This document shows, in pieces, positions 11,078-20,575 of a stretch of 64,000 nt of DNA (positions are counted from its first letter, which is position 1; each line of letters starts with the position of its first letter). The notes below the pieces were generated by a model. The model made no database searches. It saw only the letters and a list, made by a program, of their open reading frames with translations, and was not told the DNA's origin. The translations under genes and the position numbers were made by a program. The stretch is from an uncultured virus (IMG/VR IMGVR_UViG_3300043803_001357) (taxonomy: Duplodnaviria; Heunggongvirae; Uroviricota; Caudoviricetes). Where the stretch lies: positions 1-64,000 of IMG/VR virus record IMGVR_UViG_3300043803_001357; one strand, written 5' to 3'.

Positions 11078-13218
11078 AAATTATACAAGTTAATTTAGGG
11101 TTATTGCCTATTCCGCCTAATGGATGGGGTGCAGTTGAAAAAATCATTTGGGATTATCATCAACTGTTAAACAAAAAGGGATTAGAATGTCAGATAAAGT
11201 ATTTGAATGAAATTAAATATTCAGACGATATAATCGTACATATACACGTAGCAAATCTGGCAAATGAATGTCATAAAAGAGGCATACCTTATATCTTTAG
11301 TTTACACGATCATCACGCTTATTTGTATGGCAAAGATTCATCTGTATATAAAGAGAATTTACAAGCAATTGAAAATAGTGTAATATCCACTTGTCCTGCC
11401 AAATATTTGGTTGATTATTTCGGAAGTAAAAAATTACGTTATTTTTCCCACGCGGTAAATACCGATGTGTTTAAACATAAAAATAACAAAATTCCAGTAA
11501 ATAAACTGTTGTGTGTTGCAAATAATGGTTATGCCAATAATCAATCATATGATAGAAAAGGATTCACATATGCGATTAAAGTGGCTAAAGAATTAGGATA
11601 TCCAATTACTATTGCTGGACCATCTAATAATAAAAAGTTCTTTGATATATTAGATGAAGAATTAAATCAGTATGATAAATTGACAAAAGTATTTGATTTA
11701 AATGAAGAATCGTTGATCGATTTATATAATGACCATTCTATATTCATACACCCATCTGAATTGGAAGCAGGACATCCAAATCTAACGCTTTTAGAAGCAA
11801 TGAGTTGTGGTTTACCTGTGGTAGGTACGTTTGAGGAAAAATCATATAAAGGTATGGTTGTTGTTGAACGAAATGTAGAACAAATAAAATCCGCAATACA
11901 ACAAATCACATCTGATTATAGTCGATATCAAACCAAAGCTTTGGAGTGTGCTAAGGAAAATTCCTATTCCAACCGAGTAGACCAGTTAATCGATTTATAT
12001 GATCAATATACTGAACGATTGTTTGCTATTAAACACATCGATGTTTATGAAAATCTTAAAAAGAATGAAAAGAGTATTAAAACAAATGCGGTATTTAAAT
12101 ATTCATTCAATGATAATGCCAAGATTGAAGTGGATAACCCAGTAGACGTAGATCAAAGTTTCCACATAACATTCTATAATGGTGACGATAATAGTATTAA
12201 ATATGAAACTGATTTAAAACATAATTGGTGGGGAAGTTGTAATTTTACATATTACATTCCCTATGAAATTCACATTAAAGATAATAAGACTAATGAATTG
12301 GTCGAAACATATAAGTTAAATTTAAAGAATAAGAAAGTAGTAATTGAATATGAAAGTTACTCTTTAGGCGATCAATTGGCTTGGATGCCTATAATTGAAC
12401 AGTTTAGAAAAAAACACGAATGTGATCTTTATGTCAAGTTACCTTTGAAAAATATTTTTGAAAACAAATACCCTTCAATTAAGTTTGTTCACAATAACAA
12501 ACCTATTTCAGATGCATTTGCAACTTATAAACTGGGATATTATGTAGACGAAAATGGATCTAACAATGATAGATGCAAAACAGATCCCAGAAAACAACCT
12601 CTACAAAAAATAGCAAGTGACTATTTAGGGTTACCATATGAACCAGAATTACCATTGCTTGACTTTGAAATCAAAGAAAGACCTCTAAAAAAGAGATACG
12701 TCACAATTGCAACACAAAGTACGTGTCAAGCCAAATATTGGAACAATAAAGGCGGATGGGAACGTGTTGTTGAATATATAAAATCAAAGGGATTTGAAGT
12801 AATATGCATAGATAAACACAAAACATTCGGAAATGGATCGGATTATATGAATAGTATGCCATCCAATGCTTTAGATTTTACAGGAGATAAACCACTGGTT
12901 GATCGTATGAATCAAATATATCACAGTGAGTTTTTTATAGGTTTACCATCAGGATTGTCTTGGTTAGCTTGGGCAGTTAAAAAACCAGTAGTATTAATTA
13001 GCGGGTTCTCATATCCATATACTGAATTTGATACTCCTTATAGAGTACAAAACCACTCGGTGTGTACAGGATGTTGGAATGATTCGCTATTTGACAAGGG
13101 AAATTGGAAGTGGTGTCCAAAATCTGATAAGAGAGAAGAGTTTGAATGTACCAAACAAATAACTCCAAAAATGGTTATGGATACCATAGATCAACTATTA
13201 ATAGAACAAAAAATTTAA
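11074..13218 (+). CDS. GT4 glycosyltransferase fused to Aah/TibC-type (autotransporter) O-heptosyltransferase domain
   Basis: N-half PPNGWGAVEK..HPSELEAGHPNLTLLEAMSCGLPV; C-half SLGDQLAW, QSTCQAKYWNN..GW, FIGLPSGLSWLAW, LISGFS and Cys cluster CTGC..WCP..FEC. Confidence 0.82.
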   Translation: MKIIQVNLGLLPIPPNGWGAVEKIIWDYHQLLNKKGLECQIKYLNEIKYSDDIIVHIHVANLANECHKRGIPYIFSLHDHHAYLYGKDSSVYKENLQAIENSVISTCPAKYLVDYFGSKKLRYFSHAVNTDVFKHKNNKIPVNKLLCVANNGYANNQSYDRKGFTYAIKVAKELGYPITIAGPSNNKKFFDILDEELNQYDKLTKVFDLNEESLIDLYNDHSIFIHPSELEAGHPNLTLLEAMSCGLPVVGTFEEKSYKGMVVVERNVEQIKSAIQQITSDYSRYQTKALECAKENSYSNRVDQLIDLYDQYTERLFAIKHIDVYENLKKNEKSIKTNAVFKYSFNDNAKIEVDNPVDVDQSFHITFYNGDDNSIKYETDLKHNWWGSCNFTYYIPYEIHIKDNKTNELVETYKLNLKNKKVVIEYESYSLGDQLAWMPIIEQFRKKHECDLYVKLPLKNIFENKYPSIKFVHNNKPISDAFATYKLGYYVDENGSNNDRCKTDPRKQPLQKIASDYLGLPYEPELPLLDFEIKERPLKKRYVTIATQSTCQAKYWNNKGGWERVVEYIKSKGFEVICIDKHKTFGNGSDYMNSMPSNALDFTGDKPLVDRMNQIYHSEFFIGLPSGLSWLAWAVKKPVVLISGFSYPYTEFDTPYRVQNHSVCTGCWNDSLFDKGNWKWCPKSDKREEFECTKQITPKMVMDTIDQLLIEQKI

Positions 13219-13297
13219 AGTTATAATAAATAGTTAGTTCTTCGATTTTTCGGTTATATTTATATTTTAAATATAACTTCGAAAGGATATTAATATT

Positions 13298-16200
13298 ATG
13301 CCAATACAAGAAGGCGGTAGATTCGCCCCAACACAAAATATAGTAAGCCCAGGTGTATTCACACGTGAAAACGACCTCTCCGGTCTGGCTCAAGGAGTAG
13401 CAAACATTGGAGGAGCAATAGTAGCTCCATTCGCTGATGGACCAGCGTTTTTTCCAAATACAATAACCGACGTAGCCGACTTGGAAACAAGATTTGGTGT
13501 CGCTGACGGTGTGTATTATGGACCATACACCGCCAAAGAATATCTACTACAACAAGGCATCGTTACCGTAGTTCGTGTAGGTGGTCTTACTGGTTACTGG
13601 CAGAAGAATCCATTGATTGTATATGCTCAACCAGGTATCTGGAACAGAAATGCTGATAAAGGTGCTATCACAACAGCTTCATTTATGTACATTGATACTA
13701 CTAACTATGTATCAAACGTTAAGTATCAACAAAGCAGTTCCGCAATCAACATTACAGGATCAGCTGAAATCAAGGGTTCAACTGGAAGTACAATAACCGG
13801 TTCAGCTACATTTTCTAGAGTAACTACATCAGAAATTGCTTCTTTCTTAGCAAGTTTGGGTAGTTTGACAGGTGTAAATGCACTATCTGCTTCTTTGTCA
13901 ACTTCATCCAGTTTGGGTAAAGTATTCAAAGTAACTTCTACTAGACACTATGAACTATTTAGTAGCTCAGTTGTAGCTAGAAACGGTAAAGTTGCAAAAG
14001 CAGGATCTTCAGTAGATCACGCTTTAGCCGCATTTGATTTTGAAAAATCACGTATAAGCGGTAGCGTTACTGTCGGTGGCGGTGGTTCAAGTAAGTACAA
14101 ACTAACATTTGATAGTTCAAATAATAGTTACTTAACCGCCTCATTTACCGCACCAAATACATTTGGTTTGGTTTTTGCCAATTATGACGCAAATTCATCC
14201 TTCTCATTTGCAACTGCAAGTTTGAGTGGTGCTGGATTAAGTTCTTCGATTCAATTGGTACAACGCATTGATATCTCCAGAATGATTATTAGTGGATCAT
14301 TAAACGTTAAGTTTGGATCTGCTGCAGCAACTAGTACTGTTACCGCAACAGACGTTGATGGAGTTGGATCATTGAGTGGTAGCATCTTGTATGCTGGTAA
14401 AGTAGTAGACATTGGTACAGTTTCATCAGGAATATTAGTACGTAAGTTTACAACCAGTACATTGGCAAACGGCAATGCAAAACCAGTTGGAACTTCATTC
14501 TTCTTGTTAACATCAAGTTTACAAGGTACAAATATTGATAATGAAACCGCTGTAGCTACCGCATTCGACGAAAGTACAACAACCGTTGATCTAGTAAGTT
14601 CATCTTATTTCAATAGTACTATCGCTTATAACCTAACCAACTTCAATGTTCAAGCAGGCACACCATTGACACTTGAAAGTGGTAGTTTCCATTCACTACG
14701 TGGTGTTGGAACTTGTGTAGCTGGTCTACAAGTAAGAGGTGTGGTAAGTGGTTCCTTTGGTAAATATAATGGCGGATTCACAAATCAAGATAATCCAAGC
14801 GCAGATCAATGTAATCCAGTATTAACAGGTCGTCAAAAGATGATCTTGTCAGTATTGGCAAACACCCAAAATGCTTCATCACAATTCACCAGTGATTATC
14901 AAGTATTTGGTTTCAATACCTCAACATTGACTCAACTAACAAGTAGCACATTCCCATACAAGGGTGTAATTAATCCTAATGAAAATGTTTACAACTTGGC
15001 ATTGAAGTATAGTTACACAAATCCAGCCGGTGGTACAAGTGCTGGTACATACGGTTACTACGACTTCAGTTTGAATGAAAACGACAATAATTACATCAAA
15101 GATGTATTTGGCGTAGACCCAACTGTTGGTAATCCTAACAAACAAATTGCTGGTCAAAAAGTTGAAGCTGCTTACAACTACGTACTATTCGAAGATAGCA
15201 TCAAGAAGTTCGTAGCTGAAAAGACCAGCGCTTATGGTTGGAGACTACAAGTTGGTACAAGTAACCTATCAGGAAGTTCAATTGTTGGCGAACCTCTAAA
15301 GTTTGTTGATCAATATAGCACTGATTTGAATAACGGTGATAGTCAATTCAGTATCACCAATGCTTCTACTCCTTGGATCTACAGTCAAAAGATTGCTCCA
15401 TTTAAAGGTAGCGCCGATGTAGCTGCTTTTCCAACCAAGTTCCAGTTGTTCAAGGTTCACACTTTGAGTGACGGTACATTGAGCAACACTAAGTTCAAGA
15501 TTGAAATTAGTAATGTTAAGTTGGCAGGAACAGTTCCAGGTAGTGAATGGGGTAGTTTCACACTAGCAGTACGTGCTTATAGCGATACTGATAAGAAGCC
15601 AAAGTATTTGGAAATCTTCCAAAACTTGAATTTGGATCCAGAATCCGCAAATTATGTTGCTCGTAGAATTGGTAACAGATACGCATATATCACTTATGCT
15701 GGTAAGTTAATTCAATTTGGCGATTTCAATAATTTGAGTAAGTATATCAGAATCGAAGCCAGTGACGTTTCTTACCCAGTAAGTTGCGTACCATACGGAT
15801 TTGAATCATATAGTACTCCAATTGATAGTACCGCAAGCAACTATGTACCTGCTGTACAATACAGTAAAGCAAGTATCTATGGTCTCGGACCTGGTAAGTA
15901 TCCATCTGGTACAGTATTCGGTAGTGTTCCAGGAACTGATACTGAAATCCAAGCACTATATCCAACATCTTCATTTGGTGTTGGTGTAGAAAATAACACT
16001 AAACAATACTTCAAGCCACTACCATATTATGGTGCTTCAGATAGCAATGGTACAAACATTGACTTCGATCTAGAAGATAAAGTTTGGGGTACTACAAACA
16101 GTAAATTCTATGCTCAAGGTACATATGTAAGTACTGGTTCACTACTATCACCAACATTGAGTGGTAGTATCCCAAGTACATATGATGCTGTAAATGAATC

Positions 16201-17212
16201 TACATACGTTAAACTACGTAAGTTTATCGTAGGTTTCCAAGGTGGATTTGAAGGTCAATGGCCAGCAATTCCAATCAATGTAGGCAGTGACATTACCGCT
16301 GGTAATACACAAGGTCTAGATTGTACAAATATCAATAGTCCAGGTAGTATCGCTTATAAGCAAGCAATTGCTGCAATCGGTAATCCAGATGAATTTGATA
16401 TCAACTTGATCGTAACTCCAGGTATCTTCCGTGAACAACACAGTTACGTAACTGAACTAGTAATCGATATGTGCGAAACTCGTCAAGACTGTTTCTACAT
16501 TATGGATAACGTAGTGTTCCCAGCAAGTAACCAAACTGTAGGATTGATTGATGCCGCAATTAACACTGTAGCTACAATTGATAGTAACTATGTAGGTACT
16601 TATTATCCTTGGGTTAAGATCCTAGATACTAATACCAACAAGATTATTAGTGTTCCACCTTCAGTAGTGTTACCAGCAGTTTATGCTGCTAACGATAATG
16701 CTGCTGCTGAATGGTATGCTCCAGCCGGTCTAAACCGTGGTGGTATTCCAACCGCTGTACAAGTACTCGACAGAGTAACTCACAGTGAACGTGATGAACT
16801 ATATGAAGGTCGTGTAAATCCAATCGCAGCATTCCCAGGCCAAGGCATTTGTGTATGGGGTCAAAAGACTCTACAAATTGCTCCAAGCGCTTTGGATCGC
16901 ATCAATGTTCGCCGCTTGTTGATCAACTTGAAGAAGTTTATCGCAAGTTCAAGCAACTACTTGGTGTTTGAACAAAATGTTGCTTCTACACGTAACCGAT
17001 TCTTGAGTATCGTAACACCATACTTGGAATCAGTACAACAACGTAACGGTATCTACGCATTCCAAGTCAAGATGGATGCTGAAAACAATACTCCTGACTT
17101 GATTGATCGTAACATCCTCTACGGACAAATCTATATCCAACCAACTAGAACCGCTGAGTTTATTATACTCGATTTTAATATACTCCCAACGGGCGCTCAA
17201 TTTTCTGCCTAA
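13298..17212 (+). CDS. Contractile tail sheath protein (T4 gp18-like) with large insertions
   Basis: N-terminal SPGVFTRENDLS; C-terminal WYAPAGLNRG, LYEGRVNPI, WGQKTLQ, DRINVRRL, IQPTRTAEFI. Confidence 0.95.
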   Translation: MPIQEGGRFAPTQNIVSPGVFTRENDLSGLAQGVANIGGAIVAPFADGPAFFPNTITDVADLETRFGVADGVYYGPYTAKEYLLQQGIVTVVRVGGLTGYWQKNPLIVYAQPGIWNRNADKGAITTASFMYIDTTNYVSNVKYQQSSSAINITGSAEIKGSTGSTITGSATFSRVTTSEIASFLASLGSLTGVNALSASLSTSSSLGKVFKVTSTRHYELFSSSVVARNGKVAKAGSSVDHALAAFDFEKSRISGSVTVGGGGSSKYKLTFDSSNNSYLTASFTAPNTFGLVFANYDANSSFSFATASLSGAGLSSSIQLVQRIDISRMIISGSLNVKFGSAAATSTVTATDVDGVGSLSGSILYAGKVVDIGTVSSGILVRKFTTSTLANGNAKPVGTSFFLLTSSLQGTNIDNETAVATAFDESTTTVDLVSSSYFNSTIAYNLTNFNVQAGTPLTLESGSFHSLRGVGTCVAGLQVRGVVSGSFGKYNGGFTNQDNPSADQCNPVLTGRQKMILSVLANTQNASSQFTSDYQVFGFNTSTLTQLTSSTFPYKGVINPNENVYNLALKYSYTNPAGGTSAGTYGYYDFSLNENDNNYIKDVFGVDPTVGNPNKQIAGQKVEAAYNYVLFEDSIKKFVAEKTSAYGWRLQVGTSNLSGSSIVGEPLKFVDQYSTDLNNGDSQFSITNASTPWIYSQKIAPFKGSADVAAFPTKFQLFKVHTLSDGTLSNTKFKIEISNVKLAGTVPGSEWGSFTLAVRAYSDTDKKPKYLEIFQNLNLDPESANYVARRIGNRYAYITYAGKLIQFGDFNNLSKYIRIEASDVSYPVSCVPYGFESYSTPIDSTASNYVPAVQYSKASIYGLGPGKYPSGTVFGSVPGTDTEIQALYPTSSFGVGVENNTKQYFKPLPYYGASDSNGTNIDFDLEDKVWGTTNSKFYAQGTYVSTGSLLSPTLSGSIPSTYDAVNESTYVKLRKFIVGFQGGFEGQWPAIPINVGSDITAGNTQGLDCTNINSPGSIAYKQAIAAIGNPDEFDINLIVTPGIFREQHSYVTELVIDMCETRQDCFYIMDNVVFPASNQTVGLIDAAINTVATIDSNYVGTYYPWVKILDTNTNKIISVPPSVVLPAVYAANDNAAAEWYAPAGLNRGGIPTAVQVLDRVTHSERDELYEGRVNPIAAFPGQGICVWGQKTLQIAPSALDRINVRRLLINLKKFIASSSNYLVFEQNVASTRNRFLSIVTPYLESVQQRNGIYAFQVKMDAENNTPDLIDRNILYGQIYIQPTRTAEFIILDFNILPTGAQFSA

Positions 17213-17230
17213 TCTAGGATAAAGAAAATT

Positions 17231-17270
17231 AAACAGAACCCCGCTTAGAAATAAGCGGGGTTTTTTGTTT
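17231..17270 (+). terminator. Rho-independent terminator after sheath gene
   Basis: AACCCCGCTTA-GAAA-TAAGCGGGGTT followed by a T tract. Confidence 0.9.
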
Positions 17271-17289
17271 GATCTGTATATTTATATTT

Positions 17290-17580
17290 ATGATACTATT
17301 AACACGAATCGTTGAGGATTTAACTAACCCACAAGTTAAAAACGCCGTAGATCCATCTCTTTTAAAGTTAATTGACAAGGTAATCGATGACACAAATGTT
17401 TTGGTAGTTAATAACTTAAAAATGGTAAAGGATATTTTATCAAAAGAACCAATTGATAAGGCTAGATTAGACGTTGCACTAAGCAATTATAAACGTTATT
17501 TTAATAGAGACAATGGCGGCACACCTGAAGTCATTCGTGGTATGACAATGCAAAATAAACTAGACGAGTTAGCAAAATGA
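17290..17580 (+). CDS. Hypothetical protein (start reassigned to 17290)
   Basis: In-frame ATG 4 nt after TATTTAT; N-terminus MILLTRIVED. Confidence 0.6.
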   Translation: MILLTRIVEDLTNPQVKNAVDPSLLKLIDKVIDDTNVLVVNNLKMVKDILSKEPIDKARLDVALSNYKRYFNRDNGGTPEVIRGMTMQNKLDELAK

Positions 17581-18098
17581 TTAGTTTAACTGACATTTTA
17601 AATGAAGTTTTATCTGAGTCTGATCCAAAAGTTGGAACTGGTAAAAAGCCAAAAGGATCTGATAGACGATTATATACCGATGAAAATCCGAAGGATACGG
17701 TTAGAGTAAAATTTAAAACATCCCAAGACATTAAAGATACACTAGCTAGTAGTGGTTTTAAATCAAAAAGTCACAAAAGACAATCTCAAATTATAAATCT
17801 TATACATCAGAGAGTTAGAGCAGCTTATCAAAATGCTAAAGATCCAAATGTTAAAAGCAGATTGAAAAGTGCTTTAGACTATGCTATACAACGTAAAGAG
17901 GCCTCAAAAGCAAAAACAATAAAATTAAATAAAGAAACATCCAATCCAGAATCTGGTAAATCATCTCCATATGGTTCTGGATATGGAGTGGTTGAAAATA
18001 ATATAGAAGAGAAATGTTGGAAGGGATATACGCAAAAAGGTATGAAAACATTGTTTGGTAAAAAATATCCCAACTGCGTTAAAAAAACAAACAAATAA
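17577..18098 (+). CDS. Basic hypothetical protein made of short phage modules
   Basis: MISLTDILNE N-terminus; GTGKKPKGSDRRLYTDENP, GKSSPYGSGY and CWKGY..PNCVK motifs. Confidence 0.65.
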   Translation: MISLTDILNEVLSESDPKVGTGKKPKGSDRRLYTDENPKDTVRVKFKTSQDIKDTLASSGFKSKSHKRQSQIINLIHQRVRAAYQNAKDPNVKSRLKSALDYAIQRKEASKAKTIKLNKETSNPESGKSSPYGSGYGVVENNIEEKCWKGYTQKGMKTLFGKKYPNCVKKTNK

Positions 18099-18117
18099 TT
18101 TTATACCAATTATCAAA

Positions 18118-18891
18118 ATGATTAGTTTAAACGATTTATTATTAGAAGCCAAACTTCCTCAAAGCGAGCAAGATATGGATCTTTATGCTCGTAAATACAA
18201 GAAGACTATAGATTATTTACGTACCAAGAACAAAGTACTATTGTTAACTACCAGTAATAGATGGAGTGGTCACAAAGACGATATTGCTAAGAGTACACAA
18301 TTAGCAATTAAAATGCAAGAATTATTAGGTAAAGAAAAAGTATCATTGATAGATACTACCAAATTAAATATAGTTCCGTGTGAGGGCAATGTATCGTCAA
18401 AATGGGGAAATCATTGTGGTACAAAAGATTCATCTTTAAAAGATAAAGAAAAAAACCCAACAGGAGAACATCGTTGTTGGGCTAGTATTAATAATAAGAA
18501 CGATGAATTATGGAAAGTAAGTAAAGAGCTATTTGAAAGTGATACCGTTTTATTTTTTGCTAGTGTGAGATGGGGTCAAGCCAATGGTTTTTATCAAAAA
18601 TTGATCGAAAGATTGACTTGGATTGAAAACAGACATTCTACGTTGGGAGAAAGTAATATTGTTAAAAATATTGATTCAGGATTCATTGCAACTGGACAAA
18701 ATTGGAATGGCAAAGATGTTACACAAACACAAAAAGAAGTACTTCAGTTTTTTGGATTCAAAACACCAGACCAATTATTTTGGAATTGGCAATTTACTAA
18801 TAATAGTTTAGACGAAACTAAGAGTTCTTACAAAAAAGCAATTACTGTATTTGATAAAACATTTTTAAAACCATATGATAAGACTAAATAA
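18118..18891 (+). CDS. Flavodoxin-fold NAD(P)H-dependent FMN reductase-like protein (start reassigned to 18118)
   Basis: LLLTTSNR..KSTQLA, LNIVPCEG, SDTVLFFASVRWG, QKLIERL; MISLNDLLLE N-terminus. Confidence 0.7.
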   Translation: MISLNDLLLEAKLPQSEQDMDLYARKYKKTIDYLRTKNKVLLLTTSNRWSGHKDDIAKSTQLAIKMQELLGKEKVSLIDTTKLNIVPCEGNVSSKWGNHCGTKDSSLKDKEKNPTGEHRCWASINNKNDELWKVSKELFESDTVLFFASVRWGQANGFYQKLIERLTWIENRHSTLGESNIVKNIDSGFIATGQNWNGKDVTQTQKEVLQFFGFKTPDQLFWNWQFTNNSLDETKSSYKKAITVFDKTFLKPYDKTK

Positions 18892-19909
18892 CATTTTAAG
18901 TGAGGTAATACAAGAAGGCGGCGCAGGTGGACATATGGCACATCCATTTGATTTTGTAAATACTGGCGCTAAATTGGTAGGTGTATTTGCGAAAGCAGTA
19001 AAGTCTCTGAAGCAAGGCGCCGGTAGTGTAAAGATTGACGGTGTTAATGCAAGTATCCGTATGATAAACAGCCAATTTGTAATGGATCGTGGATCAGCAA
19101 AACCACTTGATATTAAGGGCATGAGACCCGAAGATTTGCCAAATAGATTTGAACCAGGTCATGGATTTATTAATATTGGAACTAAAGTAATCAATATTTT
19201 CGATGAAGCGATTCCAAGTACCAAATCCGAATTAAAAAAGTTGGGCTTGTTGAACAATCCAAATATATTGTTTAATATTGAATATGTAGAAGGTACAACA
19301 AACGTAGTTGGTTATGGTGATATTGGAAACTTTTTAGCAATTCATGGCTTAAAAGAGATCAAACCAAAGACATTTGGTAAGGATGGTAGTGTAAAATCCC
19401 GTGTTGCTGTTGAAATACCGTATGATAAAGCGGCAATGCAGTCCTACATCAATAAATTAAATAAGGTTGCAATGAAGTATGGATTCAAAGTACTAGGCAG
19501 CGTTGGTACATCATTTAAATCGGATCCAAATTTGGCCAAAGTATTGAGAGAACCAGTAACATTATATCCTACAGAAGTTGCTGAAACCAAGTCATTAAAA
19601 GACTGGTTAAAAAATGTAAAAATCGATCTTCCACTTATCACCCGTGAACAATTTATTAATGCTTCAAACAGCAAAAATATTACGCAAGATTTTGCCGGTC
19701 AAGACGTTCAAAAGATTATAAATGATACCATTGTTTATTTAACCACTATCAAATTAGGAGATGAAGTATTAAAGAATGCTACTAGTGAGATTGGTGACTT
19801 AGATAAACATGAAGGAATCGTGGTTAGAGATCCAAATATTTATAACAATCCTTTCAAAATTACAGGAAGTTTTATTATAAAAGGTTTGGAAAGTAAGTTT
19901 AAGAAATAA
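18875..19909 (+). CDS. Ligase-like covalent nucleotidyltransferase-fold protein
   Basis: KIDG (motif I KxDG), FNIEYV, HEGIVVR (motif IV), FKIT (motif V); N-terminal EGGAGGHMAHPFD. Confidence 0.55.
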   Translation: MIRLNNILSEVIQEGGAGGHMAHPFDFVNTGAKLVGVFAKAVKSLKQGAGSVKIDGVNASIRMINSQFVMDRGSAKPLDIKGMRPEDLPNRFEPGHGFINIGTKVINIFDEAIPSTKSELKKLGLLNNPNILFNIEYVEGTTNVVGYGDIGNFLAIHGLKEIKPKTFGKDGSVKSRVAVEIPYDKAAMQSYINKLNKVAMKYGFKVLGSVGTSFKSDPNLAKVLREPVTLYPTEVAETKSLKDWLKNVKIDLPLITREQFINASNSKNITQDFAGQDVQKIINDTIVYLTTIKLGDEVLKNATSEIGDLDKHEGIVVRDPNIYNNPFKITGSFIIKGLESKFKK

Positions 19910-19927
19910 AATAAATACATATTTGTT

Positions 19928-20575
19928 ATGAAAAGAGCATTAGGTAAAAGCAATCTTGATATTGTTAAAGATTATGTTGATGGCGTTCGTCCATTCGTCC
20001 AAGTAGGATATGATTCTAATTTGGAAAATTCAACCCGTAAAGAAGGTGAAGAGTGGGAGGATGGTCAAGGACGTAAATGGGTTTGGAAAAATGGTAGTAA
20101 ACGTAGAGTTCAAAAACGCGCTACGATTATCAATGAACAACGTTGTAAATGTTGTAAGATGGATGTTCGTTGGGGCAATTATTTAGATGATCGTGTTTGG
20201 CCCAAAACAGGATATTGCTACGATTGTTTTATTGATTTCCAAACAAATCTTAAATTAATCGGAATGTTCGACGTATATAACGAACTTCAGGATTTAAAAA
20301 ATGAACGTAGTATTTTGGAAGATTATAAGAAAAAGTTTGAAGAAAGTAAAAAGTTCTGCGAAGAAAATCAAGGAAAACCAGTTGAATTCTTAGAAGAAGA
20401 TGGTTCATTTGAAAGATGGGAAGGCATTCAAGATTATAATAAAATACTAGAGGATCTAAATAAAGATTTAGAACTACTCTATAAACGTTTAGAAGAACTA
20501 AACGCTAAGATAAAAGATTACGAAGAAAAGTATGAGTCAGCCAAATCTAAGAGAAATAATAAAGCAAGAGTATAA
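19928..20575 (+). CDS. Hypothetical Zn-binding/coiled-coil protein upstream of terminase
   Basis: CKCC..CYDC, C-terminal coiled coil, overlaps the terL start. Confidence 0.6.
   Translation: MKRALGKSNLDIVKDYVDGVRPFVQVGYDSNLENSTRKEGEEWEDGQGRKWVWKNGSKRRVQKRATIINEQRCKCCKMDVRWGNYLDDRVWPKTGYCYDCFIDFQTNLKLIGMFDVYNELQDLKNERSILEDYKKKFEESKKFCEENQGKPVEFLEEDGSFERWEGIQDYNKILEDLNKDLELLYKRLEELNAKIKDYEEKYESAKSKRNNKARV

Noticed and set aside
19928..20575. Terminase small subunit call
   Set aside because: Only position supports it; no recognisable motif
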